The position numbers and the translations under genes were made by a program. From positions 247,591-311,590 of the forward strand of contig CAWJSK010000013.1 of the NCBI GenBank assembly GCA_963845535.1: a stretch of 64,000 nt of DNA, in the 5' to 3' direction. Origin of the DNA: an uncultured Spirochaetota bacterium (GTDB taxonomy: Bacteria > Spirochaetota > Spirochaetia > SZUA-6 > Fen-1364). A model generated the notes under the pieces. That model had not been told where the DNA came from and ran no database searches. It saw nothing but the letters and a program-made list of their open reading frames with translations. Shown here one piece after another: positions 8,580 through 19,000 of this stretch (positions within the stretch are counted from its first letter, which is position 1; every line of letters starts with the position of its first letter).

Positions 8580-10016
8580 CTACTTCTTTTTGCCCTCTTT
8601 CTTATCTTTCGAGTCGTCGAACACGATTGTCGCGCCGCCAACGTCAATGACGTCACCGGGCTCGAGCTTGCGCGTCTTCACGGGCTGGTTGTTCACCGTG
8701 ATCTCCCCGGACCCCACCACCGTGTAGCTCTTGTCCTTGGGATCATAGAGGATTGTGGCGTGCTCCTGCTTCACCTGCGGAGCGCCCGCTATGGTCAGGT
8801 CCGCGCTTCGGCTTCCGCCGATCACGGTCTTGCTCGACGACAAGGGAAGCACCCGCGTCATTGGGTGTCCCACGCGGGTCTGGAGAACCTCGAGGTTGGC
8901 CGGCCCGGGCCTCCTTTCCAGCTTGACGAACGTCAGAAGCCAGAGGAGCGCAATGGCAAGGACAAACGGGATGATGAGGACCGGGGAAAGGTTGCTCAGC
9001 GGGAGGCCGAAGACGACGCTGGAGAAATAGAAGCGCGAGGCGGCGCTGTCACTCCCCTGGTTGGTCACGGACACCTGCACGTACTTTTTCTCCGCGGGAG
9101 TCGTTGTGGCGCGATAGCGGATGAGGTATTCGCCCGCGACCTGGCGATGGATGGCCGTGTACACTCCGCTGAGGTCCTCCCCGCGAGCCGCTTCGAATGT
9201 CCTTCCGCCCGTGTCCTGCGCAATGGCGCGGAGGTTCTTATCCATGATCTCCCCGACGCCGAAGTTGATCCCGTACACGGTGACCCCTTCCTCCTGGTTT
9301 GCGGTGGTGGATTCAGGGTAGGTGAAAATCCGCGTGCCGAACTCGGGGTTGGGTTTGCCGGAATGGGTGAAGTACGGGAAGTTCTCCCCGTCGGAGAGGA
9401 CGATGATGGCCTTGCGGCCGCTGATCCCGGCGAACTCCTGAGGACCGGTCTTCAGGCTCCCGTACAGCTCCGTGTACGCCTCATCCGGGATTGGTTTTGT
9501 TATCTGGTCCAGCAGGGAGCTGATACGTTCCCTGTCCGTCGTGGGACGCGCCAGCAGATGGTAGCGCGTATTGAAGACGACCAGGCCAACCCTGTCCTTG
9601 GGATTGGTCATGCTGGCCAGGAAGGCGCGCACGGCGGCCTTGGCGTTGGTGATCTTCATCCGCGCCGCGTCCGTGGTGGGCGTGGCGTCCGGAGCGTCGT
9701 ACATGCTGCCGGAGTTGTCGATGAAGAGAAGGAACGAGATTCCCTCGTTGGCCCCCGCCTTGGGCTCGAAGCCGAGCACGGGGAGCTTCGTGTAATGCTG
9801 GCCGTCCGCGGATTCGGCAACGCTGAAAGCCTGTTGCGGCAGGTCCGTGACCGGCTCCCCATGGTCATCGGTCACGCTCACGTAGGCGCCCACCTCCTGG
9901 CGGAGAAGAAGCCCCGAGCTGTCGATCTGCGCCACGCTGACGGTTATTGCGGATGCTGACGCAGAGGCAAGTCCAAGGAGAACGAATATCGTCAAAAATC
10001 TCTTGTGCCTGTTCAT
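8580..10016 (-). CDS. Membrane protein: signal peptide, vWA domain, TM helix, cytoplasmic FHA-like domain
   Basis: MIDAS 'DNSGSM..T..LSDGE'; single TM; C-terminal 'VNNQPV..LEPGDVIDVG'. Confidence 0.8.
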   Translation of the reverse strand: MNRHKRFLTIFVLLGLASASASAITVSVAQIDSSGLLLRQEVGAYVSVTDDHGEPVTDLPQQAFSVAESADGQHYTKLPVLGFEPKAGANEGISFLLFIDNSGSMYDAPDATPTTDAARMKITNAKAAVRAFLASMTNPKDRVGLVVFNTRYHLLARPTTDRERISSLLDQITKPIPDEAYTELYGSLKTGPQEFAGISGRKAIIVLSDGENFPYFTHSGKPNPEFGTRIFTYPESTTANQEEGVTVYGINFGVGEIMDKNLRAIAQDTGGRTFEAARGEDLSGVYTAIHRQVAGEYLIRYRATTTPAEKKYVQVSVTNQGSDSAASRFYFSSVVFGLPLSNLSPVLIIPFVLAIALLWLLTFVKLERRPGPANLEVLQTRVGHPMTRVLPLSSSKTVIGGSRSADLTIAGAPQVKQEHATILYDPKDKSYTVVGSGEITVNNQPVKTRKLEPGDVIDVGGATIVFDDSKDKKEGKKK

Positions 10017-10026
10017 CACCGTATCC

Positions 10027-10917
10027 TCATCCGAATTTGTAGAAGATCCTGGCGGAGCCGATCTTGATGACGTCCCCGAGCTTCAGTTTCCTTTCCTGGA
10101 CCTTTTCCTCGTTGACGAGCATGGCGACTTTCGGCTCCAGGTTCTTGATCACCGGTTCGCCCTTTCTCACGCGGATGTCCGCCTGGACGTCCGCGAGGTC
10201 CTCGTAGGCGGGGAGGGCGATCTCGTTGCGCGGTGAACGGCCAATCCGCACGCGCCTTTCCGTGAGAAGGAACTCCTTGCCCTTGAGCTCGCCGGCGAGA
10301 ATTCGCAGGACGCCGAATGACATCCCCTGCTCGATGAGCCCGTAGAAGAAGCCGATTGCCAGCCCGAGGATGACGAGCCCCAGGAGACGGAAGAGCGCGA
10401 AACCGGGAAGCAGCAGCCGCGAATACTCCAGGGCAAAGCCGCCCACCATCCCGCCAAGAAGCCCGCCCAGGACACCGACGGCGATCTTCTTGGGTGACAG
10501 CGCGCGCACGCCCTCCGCCGCTCCCACGAAGATGCCGAGCACGGCCCAGCCGATTGCGCGGGAAACGGGCAGGACCACCGACTGCATGTTCCGGTAAGAC
10601 AGGAGGAAGATTCCCCCGAACAACCAGAGGGCCGCCTGTCCGACAAGCGCTCCCGCCGCGCCGCCAAGGCACCCTACAAGGGCGCCAAGAAGAATCCCGG
10701 TCGGGATCCTTTTCTTGATCCTCGACGTGATCCCTTCCGCGGCGCCGAAGAATGCCCCCATGAGCGCGCCGACCACGGCTCCCAGGAGCGCGAGGAACGC
10801 CAGGTAGGATGGGAATGAGCCCTGGTAATACAGGACCAGCTCCGCGGCGGGCCACGCGGCAATGCCGCCGAGAAAGCCGAGGGCCAGGATGATGAGCTTG
10901 CTGCTCATGGTGGTCAT
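10027..10917 (-). CDS. Multi-TM Gly-rich membrane protein with C-terminal FHA-like domain
   Basis: About six Gly-rich helices; 'RIGRS..VN..LKLGDVIKIG'. Confidence 0.75.
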   Translation of the reverse strand: MTTMSSKLIILALGFLGGIAAWPAAELVLYYQGSFPSYLAFLALLGAVVGALMGAFFGAAEGITSRIKKRIPTGILLGALVGCLGGAAGALVGQAALWLFGGIFLLSYRNMQSVVLPVSRAIGWAVLGIFVGAAEGVRALSPKKIAVGVLGGLLGGMVGGFALEYSRLLLPGFALFRLLGLVILGLAIGFFYGLIEQGMSFGVLRILAGELKGKEFLLTERRVRIGRSPRNEIALPAYEDLADVQADIRVRKGEPVIKNLEPKVAMLVNEEKVQERKLKLGDVIKIGSARIFYKFG

Positions 10918-10921
10918 GCGG

Positions 10922-12526
10922 TCACCTCCGAGTTTCCGGTACGAGTCGCGCTTCGAGCGTCAACGTCGTCTGGTAAGGCTTGAGGATGAGATTGAACTCC
11001 TGCGGGACGTATCCCTCCCGGCTGACCCGAAAGCTGTACGTCCGTCCCGGGAAAAGGCCTTCCGCCCGCGCAAGGAAAAGCGGCAGCCATCGCTCCCCCA
11101 TCAGGACAGCGACCGTTGCCGACGCGGTCAGGTCCTCCCCGTTCTCGGCGCTGTACACCGAGTATCTCACCGTCAGGGGCATTGCGGGCTGCCCCTCCTG
11201 GTTCAGCGTGATGCGAAGCCCCGTGGCGGTCTCCAGGGACTTGCGCTGAACGGAGCGGGGGCTCAGCGTGAAAGAGGCCCAGAAGAGCTGTCCTTCCAGC
11301 CCGACCTTCAGCCGGTACCTGCCGGCTTCGAGGTACAGCTTTTTCGTGGACAGGAGATAGCTCACTCCGGTCCGACCCGAAGCGCTTTCATGGATGTCAA
11401 ACTGAACGCCTGTCACGCGCGTGAGATGGTTGCCCTGCTCGCGATAGAGGGCGGGTCTGAAGAAGACCTCATCAGGCTCCTTATATGCGCTGTCGATCTG
11501 GGCTGAGACCACGAGCGCGCCATAGCGGTCCGCTTGAAAGAGCTCGTACCAATACCCTTGCTGGTAGAACCACCAGGCCCCGACGGCAAGGATCACCACC
11601 ACGGCCACGACGGCCAGCGGCCGCAGCACCCGCGCGCGGCTCCTGTGAAAGACGTCGTGGATGTCCTCCCCTTTGAGGATCTTGCGGACCGCCTGACGGA
11701 CCACCGCGGGGTCTCTGCGCGGAATCCTTCTTTCCAGGAGGCGCAGGATGACGCCCACGTCCTTGTAGCGCCGCCTTCGCTTGACGCGCATGCAGGTTGC
11801 CACGATCCTGCACAGGAACGGGGACGCCCGGGGGTTCAGGCGTCGGGGGGGAACGTATTTGCCCCTGTGGATCAGGCGGATCGTCTCCGCGGTGAAGGAG
11901 CCCGGGTAGGGGGTCTTGCCGGTGAGCATCTCGTACAGGACCACCCCGACAGAGTAGATGTCCGCCCGGCGGTCCACGTTCCGGGCGTCCTCGATCTGCT
12001 CCGGCGGGACATAGGCCGGCGTGCCGAGCATTGTCCCGTCCTTCGTGAGACCGTCGTCCATCTCCTCCGCGGAGGTGGCAATGCCGAAGTCCGCCAGCTT
12101 CACCTCTCCATGGCTCGAAATGAGGATGTTGCCCGGCTTGATGTCGCGATGGATCACCTGCCGGTCATGGGCGAACTTCAGCCCGCGGCACACCTCGTAG
12201 AAGATCAGCATGGCGGCGTCGTTGGAAAGGTAGCGCTCCTTGCGGATCAGCGCGTCCAGGGAGACGCCTTCCACGAACTCCTCAACGATGTAGTAGTTGG
12301 GGCCTTCCTTGAAATGGTCGAACACCTGGACAATGCGCTCGCTGTTGAGGTCCATCATGAGGCGCGCCTCGCGCTTGAACCTCTCCACCACCTGGCCGCC
12401 GCCGCGGATTGCCAGCTTTTTCAGGAGCACGACCCTTTCCAGGGTGGGGTGCTTTGCCGTGTACAGCGCGCCCATTCCGCCTTGCGCGATTTTTCCGATC
12501 AGCTCGTACTTTCCGATTTTTTTCAT
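10922..12526 (-). CDS. Hanks-type Ser/Thr protein kinase with TM helix and extracytoplasmic domain
   Basis: 'HRDIKPGN', 'DFG', 'GTPAYVPPEQ'; TM after the kinase domain. Confidence 0.92.
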   Translation of the reverse strand: MKKIGKYELIGKIAQGGMGALYTAKHPTLERVVLLKKLAIRGGGQVVERFKREARLMMDLNSERIVQVFDHFKEGPNYYIVEEFVEGVSLDALIRKERYLSNDAAMLIFYEVCRGLKFAHDRQVIHRDIKPGNILISSHGEVKLADFGIATSAEEMDDGLTKDGTMLGTPAYVPPEQIEDARNVDRRADIYSVGVVLYEMLTGKTPYPGSFTAETIRLIHRGKYVPPRRLNPRASPFLCRIVATCMRVKRRRRYKDVGVILRLLERRIPRRDPAVVRQAVRKILKGEDIHDVFHRSRARVLRPLAVVAVVVILAVGAWWFYQQGYWYELFQADRYGALVVSAQIDSAYKEPDEVFFRPALYREQGNHLTRVTGVQFDIHESASGRTGVSYLLSTKKLYLEAGRYRLKVGLEGQLFWASFTLSPRSVQRKSLETATGLRITLNQEGQPAMPLTVRYSVYSAENGEDLTASATVAVLMGERWLPLFLARAEGLFPGRTYSFRVSREGYVPQEFNLILKPYQTTLTLEARLVPETRR

Positions 12527-12527
12527 T

Positions 12528-13544
12528 TCACACCGCCAGGATGGAGCGCGCGTCAATTCGGACCACGTCGCGGTCGAGCTCGAAGGGGCCCCCGGGGGAA
12601 AGGTGCGCTATGACGAACCGTTCTGGATCATGGATCTGCACGTATTTTCCTCCTGCGCGAAGCTTGTAGGAACCGACGGCGGGGCGATGGCCGCCCAGGT
12701 AGAAAGCCGTGCGGGCCGCCTCCTCCCCCAGGTAGTATCTCAACATGCTCTCGACGCTTCCCGGTTCCGCCTCGTCGTTGTCCGTCCACGTCAGACCCAG
12801 CACGACGTCAGGGTCGTTGCGGAAGCCAATCACGCGGTGCGGCGCGTAAAACTCGGCCGGTTCGGCGTGAGACAGCAGGAAACCGGGGCCGACAACGAGG
12901 AGCGGGAGCTCCTTCTCCATGCGGGCGTACTGGCCCAGGAGCAGCGGCCCGTAGAACTGGCGCATGTACGCGAGCACCATTGCCCCTTCCAACGCGAACT
13001 TTCGAAACGGGAGGTTCCCGCCCCCGGATTCGTTCGCGATGTTCTCATGGTTGCCCTTGAGAAAATGGAAGCGGGAAGGGTACCTGCGTTTGACCTCCAT
13101 CACCATCTCCATCACTCCCAGGCTCTCGCGCATCTCCTCATCCATGTTCCTGTGGGCCCGATACTCGTCGAGAAACTCCGCCTGTGCCGCGCGCCAGCGC
13201 TGCGCCGCCCGGCCCTCCGCGTGCACGCCGTCACCGAGGCAGACCACCTGGAGGCGGCCCGCGTCGAGAAGCTCCAGCGTCCTGCAGCCCTCCTCCGCCA
13301 TGGAGCCGAGCACGGCCAGGAAGAAGTCCATGCGGGCGTGAAGATCCGGCACCACGATCGTGGGAAGGCCCGGGTCCAGGAAGACCAGGCCGCCGGGTCT
13401 CCCGTCGTCATCCGGTGGCCGAAGCCGCGGGGATTCATTCTCCAGAGTTTCCAGGGTCCCCGCAATAGCCTCGCCCAAGGCAACCGCCTCAGGCGGGCCA
13501 TCACGGTGGAAAATCTCCCCCAACCTCCGCGTCAACTCCTCCAT
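12528..13544 (-). CDS. Calcineurin-like metallophosphoesterase (putative protein phosphatase)
   Basis: 'PDLH', 'LGDGVH', 'KGNHE', 'SHA' and 'GGH' motifs. Confidence 0.8.
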   Translation of the reverse strand: MEELTRRLGEIFHRDGPPEAVALGEAIAGTLETLENESPRLRPPDDDGRPGGLVFLDPGLPTIVVPDLHARMDFFLAVLGSMAEEGCRTLELLDAGRLQVVCLGDGVHAEGRAAQRWRAAQAEFLDEYRAHRNMDEEMRESLGVMEMVMEVKRRYPSRFHFLKGNHENIANESGGGNLPFRKFALEGAMVLAYMRQFYGPLLLGQYARMEKELPLLVVGPGFLLSHAEPAEFYAPHRVIGFRNDPDVVLGLTWTDNDEAEPGSVESMLRYYLGEEAARTAFYLGGHRPAVGSYKLRAGGKYVQIHDPERFVIAHLSPGGPFELDRDVVRIDARSILAV

Positions 13545-13563
13545 CAGTTACGTCCTGGACCGG

Positions 13564-14094
13564 TTATTCTTCATCCAGTTCCTTGTTCACGTTGACGAAC
13601 TCCTTGGTCAGGATCTCCGTTGACTTGCTGATCTGGCGCTCCTGCTCATCGAGGTCGAGCTCTTCCGCGGTGACCGCTATCTTGAACACGGGAGACGAGC
13701 TCACGATGGGACCTACGGTGAAGTTGACGGGCACCCCGACCTTCACGTCTCCTCCGAGCTGCGAGCTCTCCTGCCGGGCGGACTCCGGTACGTCCTTGCG
13801 CAGCCCAATGCTCACGTACTGGACGTTCCTGCCGCCGTCCCTCTGGGGGCCGATATTGATGAGCGAGCCGGAAAAGGTCATGGCAAGGCACCCGCGATCA
13901 TCTCCCTTCTCCAGCACGTCCACCTCCTCCAGCGCCATCCGTGAGATGTGTCGTTCGAAACGCTCCTTCTTTTCGAGCCACCCCTGCGCGATCATCTCGA
14001 TAGAGTCTTCGGTGTCCGGGAGCCCCGAGCTTTTCGTGATCTGACGGATATGCCCCTGTATCTCGGCGGGGATCTGGCTCATGTATTCGCCCAT
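13564..14094 (-). CDS. Hypothetical protein, first gene of the kinase operon
   Basis: AGGAGG SD; co-oriented and closely spaced. Confidence 0.65.
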   Translation of the reverse strand: MGEYMSQIPAEIQGHIRQITKSSGLPDTEDSIEMIAQGWLEKKERFERHISRMALEEVDVLEKGDDRGCLAMTFSGSLINIGPQRDGGRNVQYVSIGLRKDVPESARQESSQLGGDVKVGVPVNFTVGPIVSSSPVFKIAVTAEELDLDEQERQISKSTEILTKEFVNVNKELDEE

Positions 14095-14293
14095 TGCGTC
14101 CTCCTGGGGTTGCACCCCATCCACAAGTATATACCGCTTCAGAAAAAACACGTTTTTTTCGTCGAACGCCTGTCAAACTGCGGCGTTACGTGAAAGTTAC
14201 CGCATTGTGAGTGTAAGACGTTGCGAGTGTAAGGCTTGCTTCGCCGCCGCCGACATGCTTCAATGCGCCCACGCGGATCTCCGGGAGGCTCTC

Positions 14294-14947
14294 ATGACAA
14301 TGAAACGGGTGTTCGGCCGCGGCATTTTCCAGACCGGTTGGGTCAACGCGGCAGCTTCCCTCCTGCTCGGCGCCGGCGTCTACCTTGTCAGCAAGATCTA
14401 TGATCCTCTGAATCATGGTCCGGCCGTGATGCATCTCAGGACCCCGTTGGATGATGCCCTGCCCCTGGTTCCGCTTTTTGTGATTCCCTACGTGTCTCTG
14501 GAGCCGCTCATTTACTTTTCCCTCATCGTCTTCCTGGTTTTCAGGACGAGGATTTTTCAGTCCGCGACTCTCTCCCTGATCCTTGCCATGCTCGTGAGCT
14601 ACGCCGTTTACTTTTTCCTGCAGACGGAAGTGATGCGTCCCGCGGTGAGCGGCACTGACGTCCTCTCCCGGATGATCCGCGACGTGTACGCCGGGGACAA
14701 TCCGTACAATGATTTCCCCAGCCTGCACACCTCGCTTTCCACGATCATTGCCATCCACTGGTGGAGGACGGACCACCGACTGGGCATCATTGCCGCGGCG
14801 TGGACGGCCCTCATTGTGGCGTCGACGGTTTTCGTGAAGCAGCACTACGTGGCGGACGTGGCCTCAGGCTTGCTCCTGGCGTGGGGCGTCTCCTGGCTGT
14901 CCTGGAAGCTGCTTCACGGGGAGGCGCCGCAAACGTCTCGTTCCTAG
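14294..14947 (+). CDS. PAP2-family membrane phosphatase/phosphotransferase
   Basis: 'FPSLH' and 'KQHYVAD' motifs. Confidence 0.8.
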   Translation: MTMKRVFGRGIFQTGWVNAAASLLLGAGVYLVSKIYDPLNHGPAVMHLRTPLDDALPLVPLFVIPYVSLEPLIYFSLIVFLVFRTRIFQSATLSLILAMLVSYAVYFFLQTEVMRPAVSGTDVLSRMIRDVYAGDNPYNDFPSLHTSLSTIIAIHWWRTDHRLGIIAAAWTALIVASTVFVKQHYVADVASGLLLAWGVSWLSWKLLHGEAPQTSRS

Positions 14948-15954
14948 TACTCCTCTCCCGGCAGCGCCTTTGTCCTGAAGAATCGATAGACCAGGACCTG
15001 ATAAACGATGACGATGGGAACAAAGATGGCCGCCACGATGGTCATGAGCCGCAGCGTGTAGGGCCCCGAAGAGGAGTTGTAGATCGTCAGGCTTGCGCTC
15101 GGATCAAGGCTTGACGGGATGAGGTTCGGGAACAGCCCCACCAGGCCGGTGGCGACAACGAGGATGATCAACGCGCAGGAAGAGAAAAATGCCCCGAGGT
15201 TCCGTCCCCTCGAATGCAGGACCTTGACGCTGAGGAGAGATGCCACCGCCAGCACAGGCACCACGAGCCACAGGGAGTGGGAGAAGAAGTTGTCGTACAA
15301 TTTCGTGGCGAACGCCGTGAGGGCAAGGAAGGCAACGGCCACCGCCAGCACCGCGTACCACAAGCCCCCGGCAAACCTCGAGCTTCTTTCCGACATCCCG
15401 TCCTCTGACTTCACGGAAAGCCACAGCGCGCCGTGCTGGAGGAAGAGGATGACGAACAACACGGCGGTCAGGAGACCGTAGGGATTGAACAGCTTGAGGA
15501 AGCTGCCCTTGTAGCCGTCCGTGGCAATGGGCAGCCCCTGGAAGATGTTCCCGAAACCCACGCCGAGGACGAGCGGTGCGGTAAAGCTCGTGACAGCCAG
15601 GACCCAGTCCCACGTGGAGCGCCACCGGGGAGAATCGTTTTTCCCGCGGAACTCGATTGAGACCCCCCTCAGGATCAGGGAAAACAGGATCAGGAGCATG
15701 GGCAGGTAGAGGAAGCTGAACATGGACGCGTAGGTGAGGGGGAACGCCGCGAAGGTTGCTCCGCCGGCGGTGATCAGCCAGACCTCATTGCCGTTCCAGA
15801 CCGGGCCTATGGAGGCCAGCGCGGCCTGCCTTTCCGTCTCGCCCCTGGCAAGGAAATTGCGGAGCATCCCCGTGCCGAAATCGAACCCGTCCAGCATGAA
15901 ATACACCGCCCAGAGAACGCCCCACAGCACGAACCACAGTATTTGAAGCGTCAT
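14944..15954 (-). CDS. cydB: Cytochrome bd oxidase subunit II
   Basis: 'LDGFDFG', 'GPVWNGNEVWLI', 'FAAFP'. Confidence 0.95.
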   Translation of the reverse strand: MTLQILWFVLWGVLWAVYFMLDGFDFGTGMLRNFLARGETERQAALASIGPVWNGNEVWLITAGGATFAAFPLTYASMFSFLYLPMLLILFSLILRGVSIEFRGKNDSPRWRSTWDWVLAVTSFTAPLVLGVGFGNIFQGLPIATDGYKGSFLKLFNPYGLLTAVLFVILFLQHGALWLSVKSEDGMSERSSRFAGGLWYAVLAVAVAFLALTAFATKLYDNFFSHSLWLVVPVLAVASLLSVKVLHSRGRNLGAFFSSCALIILVVATGLVGLFPNLIPSSLDPSASLTIYNSSSGPYTLRLMTIVAAIFVPIVIVYQVLVYRFFRTKALPGEEY

Positions 15955-15955
15955 G

Positions 15956-17260
15956 TCATTCCACCTTCCGCGCGTACTTCGTGAGGAGGAAAGCATCTAC
16001 TGCCGCAAGGGTCCCGTAGATGACAACGAAGGCAATGAGGGAGCCAAGCACGTCAGCCGCGGTAATGGACCGCGAATACGCGTCAGCGGTTTTCAGGAGG
16101 CCGTACACGATCCATGGCTGCCTGCCGATCTCCGCCAGGATCCACCCCAGCTCGCTGGCGAGGTAGGGAAACACGAGGGCGATGGCCATGATCCAAAGGA
16201 ACCATCGACGCTTCAGGAAAGTGTCAGTCCAGGCAAAAATGACGGCAAGGAGCGCGCAGAGCACGAAAAGGAATCCCAGCCCGACCATGGTCCGGAAGGC
16301 CAGGTACGTCACAATGACGGGCGGCCGGTCCGAAGCCGGGAAATCGTCCAGACCTTTCACGGTGGCGCTGGCATCATGGTAGGCGAGGAAGCTCAACAGG
16401 CCGGGAATGGGCAGCGCCTCTATGACGTTTCTTCCGGCCTGGGGATCAGGAAGCGCAATGAGATAGAAGGGAGCGTTGGACTGTGTTTTCCACTGCGACT
16501 CCATGGCCGCGAGCTTCGTGGGCTGGAACTTCGCCACTTGCACGCCTGACATGTCTCCGGCAACGATGATGAGCACCGACGCGACCAGCCCGAACGGCGC
16601 GGCCAGGCGGAAGGATTTGCGGACCACCTCGGTTGTCCTGCCGCGCAGCGCGTGAATGGCGCAGATCCCCATGATGAAGAACGCGCCAAGAGTCCACGCC
16701 GCCATGATCACGTGGAAAAACTTGATCCAGGCGTACGGGTTCCAGATGAGCGCGCCGAAATCCGAGAGCTGCGCCCGGCCCCCCGACATGATGTAGCCGC
16801 GCGGCTTCTGCATCCACCCGTTGGCGAGCAGGATCCACAGCGCGGACAGCGTGCTGGCAAACGCAACCAGCCACATGACAGCCGCGTGCGCCCCGCGCGA
16901 GAGCCGCTTCCCGCCGAACACCCACACGCCAATGAAGGTGGACTCGAGGAAGAACGCCACGGTTGCCTCGATGGCGAGCGGGGCCCCGAAAATGTCCCCG
17001 ACGAACTTGGAGTACTCGGCCCAGTTCATGCCGAACTGGAACTCCAGCGTGATCCCTGTCACCACCCCGACGGCGAAGTTGATGAGGAACAGCTTGCTCC
17101 AGTACCTCGTCATCTTCAGCCATGTTTCGTCCCCAGTCCTCGCGTAGACCGTCTCCATGATGGCGACGAGCGTGCTGAGGCCGAGGGTGAGGGGAACGAA
17201 CAGGAAGTGAAAGATGGCCACGGTTGCAAACTGGACCCGGGAGAGAGCTTCGACCAGCAT
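15956..17260 (-). CDS. cydA: Cytochrome bd oxidase subunit I
   Basis: 'FHFLFVPLTLG', 'EFQFGMNW', 'QPTKLAAME', 'GRQPW'. Confidence 0.95.
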   Translation of the reverse strand: MLVEALSRVQFATVAIFHFLFVPLTLGLSTLVAIMETVYARTGDETWLKMTRYWSKLFLINFAVGVVTGITLEFQFGMNWAEYSKFVGDIFGAPLAIEATVAFFLESTFIGVWVFGGKRLSRGAHAAVMWLVAFASTLSALWILLANGWMQKPRGYIMSGGRAQLSDFGALIWNPYAWIKFFHVIMAAWTLGAFFIMGICAIHALRGRTTEVVRKSFRLAAPFGLVASVLIIVAGDMSGVQVAKFQPTKLAAMESQWKTQSNAPFYLIALPDPQAGRNVIEALPIPGLLSFLAYHDASATVKGLDDFPASDRPPVIVTYLAFRTMVGLGFLFVLCALLAVIFAWTDTFLKRRWFLWIMAIALVFPYLASELGWILAEIGRQPWIVYGLLKTADAYSRSITAADVLGSLIAFVVIYGTLAAVDAFLLTKYARKVE

Positions 17261-17338
17261 TGATCCCCCTTTTTCTGGAATTTCGCTATTCCGTTCACGG
17301 TTGTCAATCGCGATTCCTTACCAGTACACTCGATCTGG

Positions 17339-19000
17339 ATGACAGGTACTACGGCCTGGCTGCGGCAGAACGGAACGAACATCCGACGTCCGCTGGCCCT
17401 CACAATTGCTCTCGGCGAGATATCGGGGATCCTGCTCATCCTCCAGACGGCGTTTCTCGTGCGGATTGCGAACGCCGTCATTTTTCAGCACGCAGCGGTG
17501 CGCTCTCTTCTCAGCGTTTTCATTGCCCTGATTGCAACGGCGCCGGTCCGCTTTCTCGTCATGTGGACCACCCGGCGGACCGCGTACGAATGCGCTTCCC
17601 GGGTCAAGCTCGACGTGCGAAGCCGCCTGATGGGGCACCTCCGCAGGCTTGGACCCGCCACGCTTTCCAGCATGCGGGCCGGTGAGGTGGCGACCATTGC
17701 GGTGGACGCCGTGGAGGCGCTGGAAGGCTACTACTCCCGCTACCTGCCGCAGCGCGCGTTGTCCACGCTGCTGCCGTTCACCGTGCTCGCGGCGGTTTTT
17801 CCCCTGGACTGGATTTCCGGCCTCGTCCTTTTGCTGACCGCCGTGTTCCTCCCCGTGACCATGATCCTCATTGGGGAAGAGTCCCACGTCAGGAACCAGC
17901 GGCTGTGGGCCACGCTGGCCAGGATGAGCGGCCGGTTCCTGGACATCCTCCAGGGGCTGACCACGGTGAAGATGTTCGGCGCGGCCCGCAGGGAAGCTGC
18001 GGAGATCGAGCGGGCGTCCGATGAATACAGGATCGCCACCCTGTCGGTCATGCGCATCGCCTTCCTTTCATCGTTCATGCTGGAGCTTCTTTCCGCGGTC
18101 AGCATAGCAATTGTCGCCGTGCTCTCAGGCCTCCGCCTCATGGCCGGGACCATGCAGTTCGGGAGGGCCTACTTCATTCTCCTGGCAGCCCCGGAGTATT
18201 TCCTCGTCCTGAGGTCCCTCGGCACCTTCTATCACATGCGCATGGAAGCCATGAGCGCCGGCGAGCGGATTGCCGACCTTCTTGAAACGCAGGGCTTCGA
18301 AGGAGTCTTGGATGCGAGCCCCCGCGGCAGCCCTCCCCAGGGTGAGACGTTCGAGGTCGCCTTTGAGTCGGTGAGCCGTTCCTTTCAGTCGAGGGTCATC
18401 CTCGATGAGATTTCATTCACGGCGGCCCCCGGCGCCCACATCGCCCTGACGGGAGCGAGCGGCGCGGGCAAATCCACCGTCCTGAACATCCTCCTTCGGT
18501 TCCTGCGGGCGGACTCGGGGCGCGTTCTTGTCGGAGGCCTGGCGCTCGAGCTCCTTCCGCGGGATCCGTGGTTCGAGCGGGTGGCGTGGCTGCCCCAGAA
18601 GCCGACCCTGTTTCACGGGACGTTGCGAGAGAACATCGGGCTCGGCCGTATTGGCGCAAGCAGCGGCGAAGTAGAACGGGCAGCCCGCGCGGCGTGCGTG
18701 GATGAGTTCCTCCCCCGGCTTCCTTCCGGCCTCGACACGATGGTGGGCGAAGGAGGCCAGGGCCTTTCGCGCGGGCAAGTCCAGCGCGTGGCCCTGGCGC
18801 GTCTTTTCCTCCGCAGACCCAGCCTCGTTCTGCTGGATGAGCCCACGGCGCACCTGGACCCCGCAAGCGCAGAGCTCGTAAGCGCCGCCGTCCAGGAGCT
18901 GGGACGGGGGAAGACGATGATCATGGTCACGCACCGCGGGTCAGCGGGGATGGACAGGACCCTTGTGCTCGAAGCGGGGAAGCTGAGGGAGCGCGCATGA
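17339..19000 (+). CDS. cydD: ABC exporter CydD
   Basis: 'YYSRYLPQ', 'LSSFMLE', Walker A 'GASGAGKS'; context. Confidence 0.9.
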   Translation: MTGTTAWLRQNGTNIRRPLALTIALGEISGILLILQTAFLVRIANAVIFQHAAVRSLLSVFIALIATAPVRFLVMWTTRRTAYECASRVKLDVRSRLMGHLRRLGPATLSSMRAGEVATIAVDAVEALEGYYSRYLPQRALSTLLPFTVLAAVFPLDWISGLVLLLTAVFLPVTMILIGEESHVRNQRLWATLARMSGRFLDILQGLTTVKMFGAARREAAEIERASDEYRIATLSVMRIAFLSSFMLELLSAVSIAIVAVLSGLRLMAGTMQFGRAYFILLAAPEYFLVLRSLGTFYHMRMEAMSAGERIADLLETQGFEGVLDASPRGSPPQGETFEVAFESVSRSFQSRVILDEISFTAAPGAHIALTGASGAGKSTVLNILLRFLRADSGRVLVGGLALELLPRDPWFERVAWLPQKPTLFHGTLRENIGLGRIGASSGEVERAARAACVDEFLPRLPSGLDTMVGEGGQGLSRGQVQRVALARLFLRRPSLVLLDEPTAHLDPASAELVSAAVQELGRGKTMIMVTHRGSAGMDRTLVLEAGKLRERA

